In this document: in pieces, positions 63,757-64,000 of the stretch | Layout of the letters: each line of letters begins with the position of its first letter | Numbering within the stretch: the first letter of the stretch is position 1 | Made by a program: the position numbers and the translations under genes | The notes under the pieces: generated by a model | The model's input: the letters and a program-made list of their open reading frames with translations, nothing else | What the model was told of the DNA's origin: nothing | Database searches by the model: none | IMG/VR virus record: IMGVR_UViG_3300033148_002693 | Location: 34,717 to 98,716 of that record | Reading direction: 5' to 3' (one strand) | Source of the DNA: a virus | DNA length: 64,000 bases

Positions 63757-64000
63757 TTGTGCAAATCGTCGAGGATTTCAAAAGCGTATATTTCTGTGCT
63801 CTTGGGTTCCACGATTGGCGCTATGAGTTGGTGTGCAATCGCTGGCTGAAGGCGGAGTTGCGGCGGGTGTGCCGGCGGTGCGGCAAGGTTCAGACTCTGT
63901 CATTCGAGGTGGTGATGGATCGGGGCGAAAAATGAGGACGGCAGCGCAGATGGTGTATGAAGCAGCCGGCAGGCGTTGGAATTTATCGAGGCTGAGATAC

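Noticed and set aside
1-64000. Genome-wide stop-codon reassignment
   Set aside because: Standard code gives dense, coupled genes, and TAG, TGA and TAA all end genes at sensible junctions; in-frame stops are isolated
1-64000. Integrase, att sites, terminase, portal or capsid genes
   Set aside because: None recognised; presumably outside the window, so lifestyle and genome ends cannot be called

Overview
This window is 64 kb of a tailed (siphovirus-like) bacteriophage or prophage, and essentially all genes lie on the + strand. The host is bacterial, judged from many TTGACA-N17-TATAAT promoters and GGAGG ribosome-binding sites (RBSs). Pro/Thr-linker secreted proteins hint at Chloroflexota, but that is inference only. 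Layout: 1-22 kb holds head-tail joining and tail genes interleaved with three glycosyltransferases; 22-25.9 kb is a lysis-like module with a lipoprotein glycoside hydrolase and holin-like genes, ending at an intrinsic terminator; 26-38 kb holds early small genes; 38.5-57 kb is replication/recombination (initiator with probable internal origin, DnaB-like helicase, primase, DEDD exonuclease, RuvC); 57-64 kb holds small accessory genes. Three TnpB elements are inserted: two IS607-type (tnpA+tnpB) and one with a ribbon-helix-helix (RHH) gene plus tnpB. All three can be excised in silico at an AG dinucleotide to restore clean gene junctions, and both IS607 copies carry a homologous unannotated small ORF ahead of tnpA. 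The most unusual region is an RNA island at 34.8-37.1 kb. It contains two near-identical ~115-nt RNAs closed by a canonical box C/D-type kink-turn, a third junction RNA, two tRNA-shaped RNAs without a usable anticodon loop, and the only minus-strand promoter I found, which drives a UNCG-capped hairpin RNA. A C4-like antisense/attenuator leader precedes the replication operon. All assignments come from reading motifs by eye; no database searches were run.
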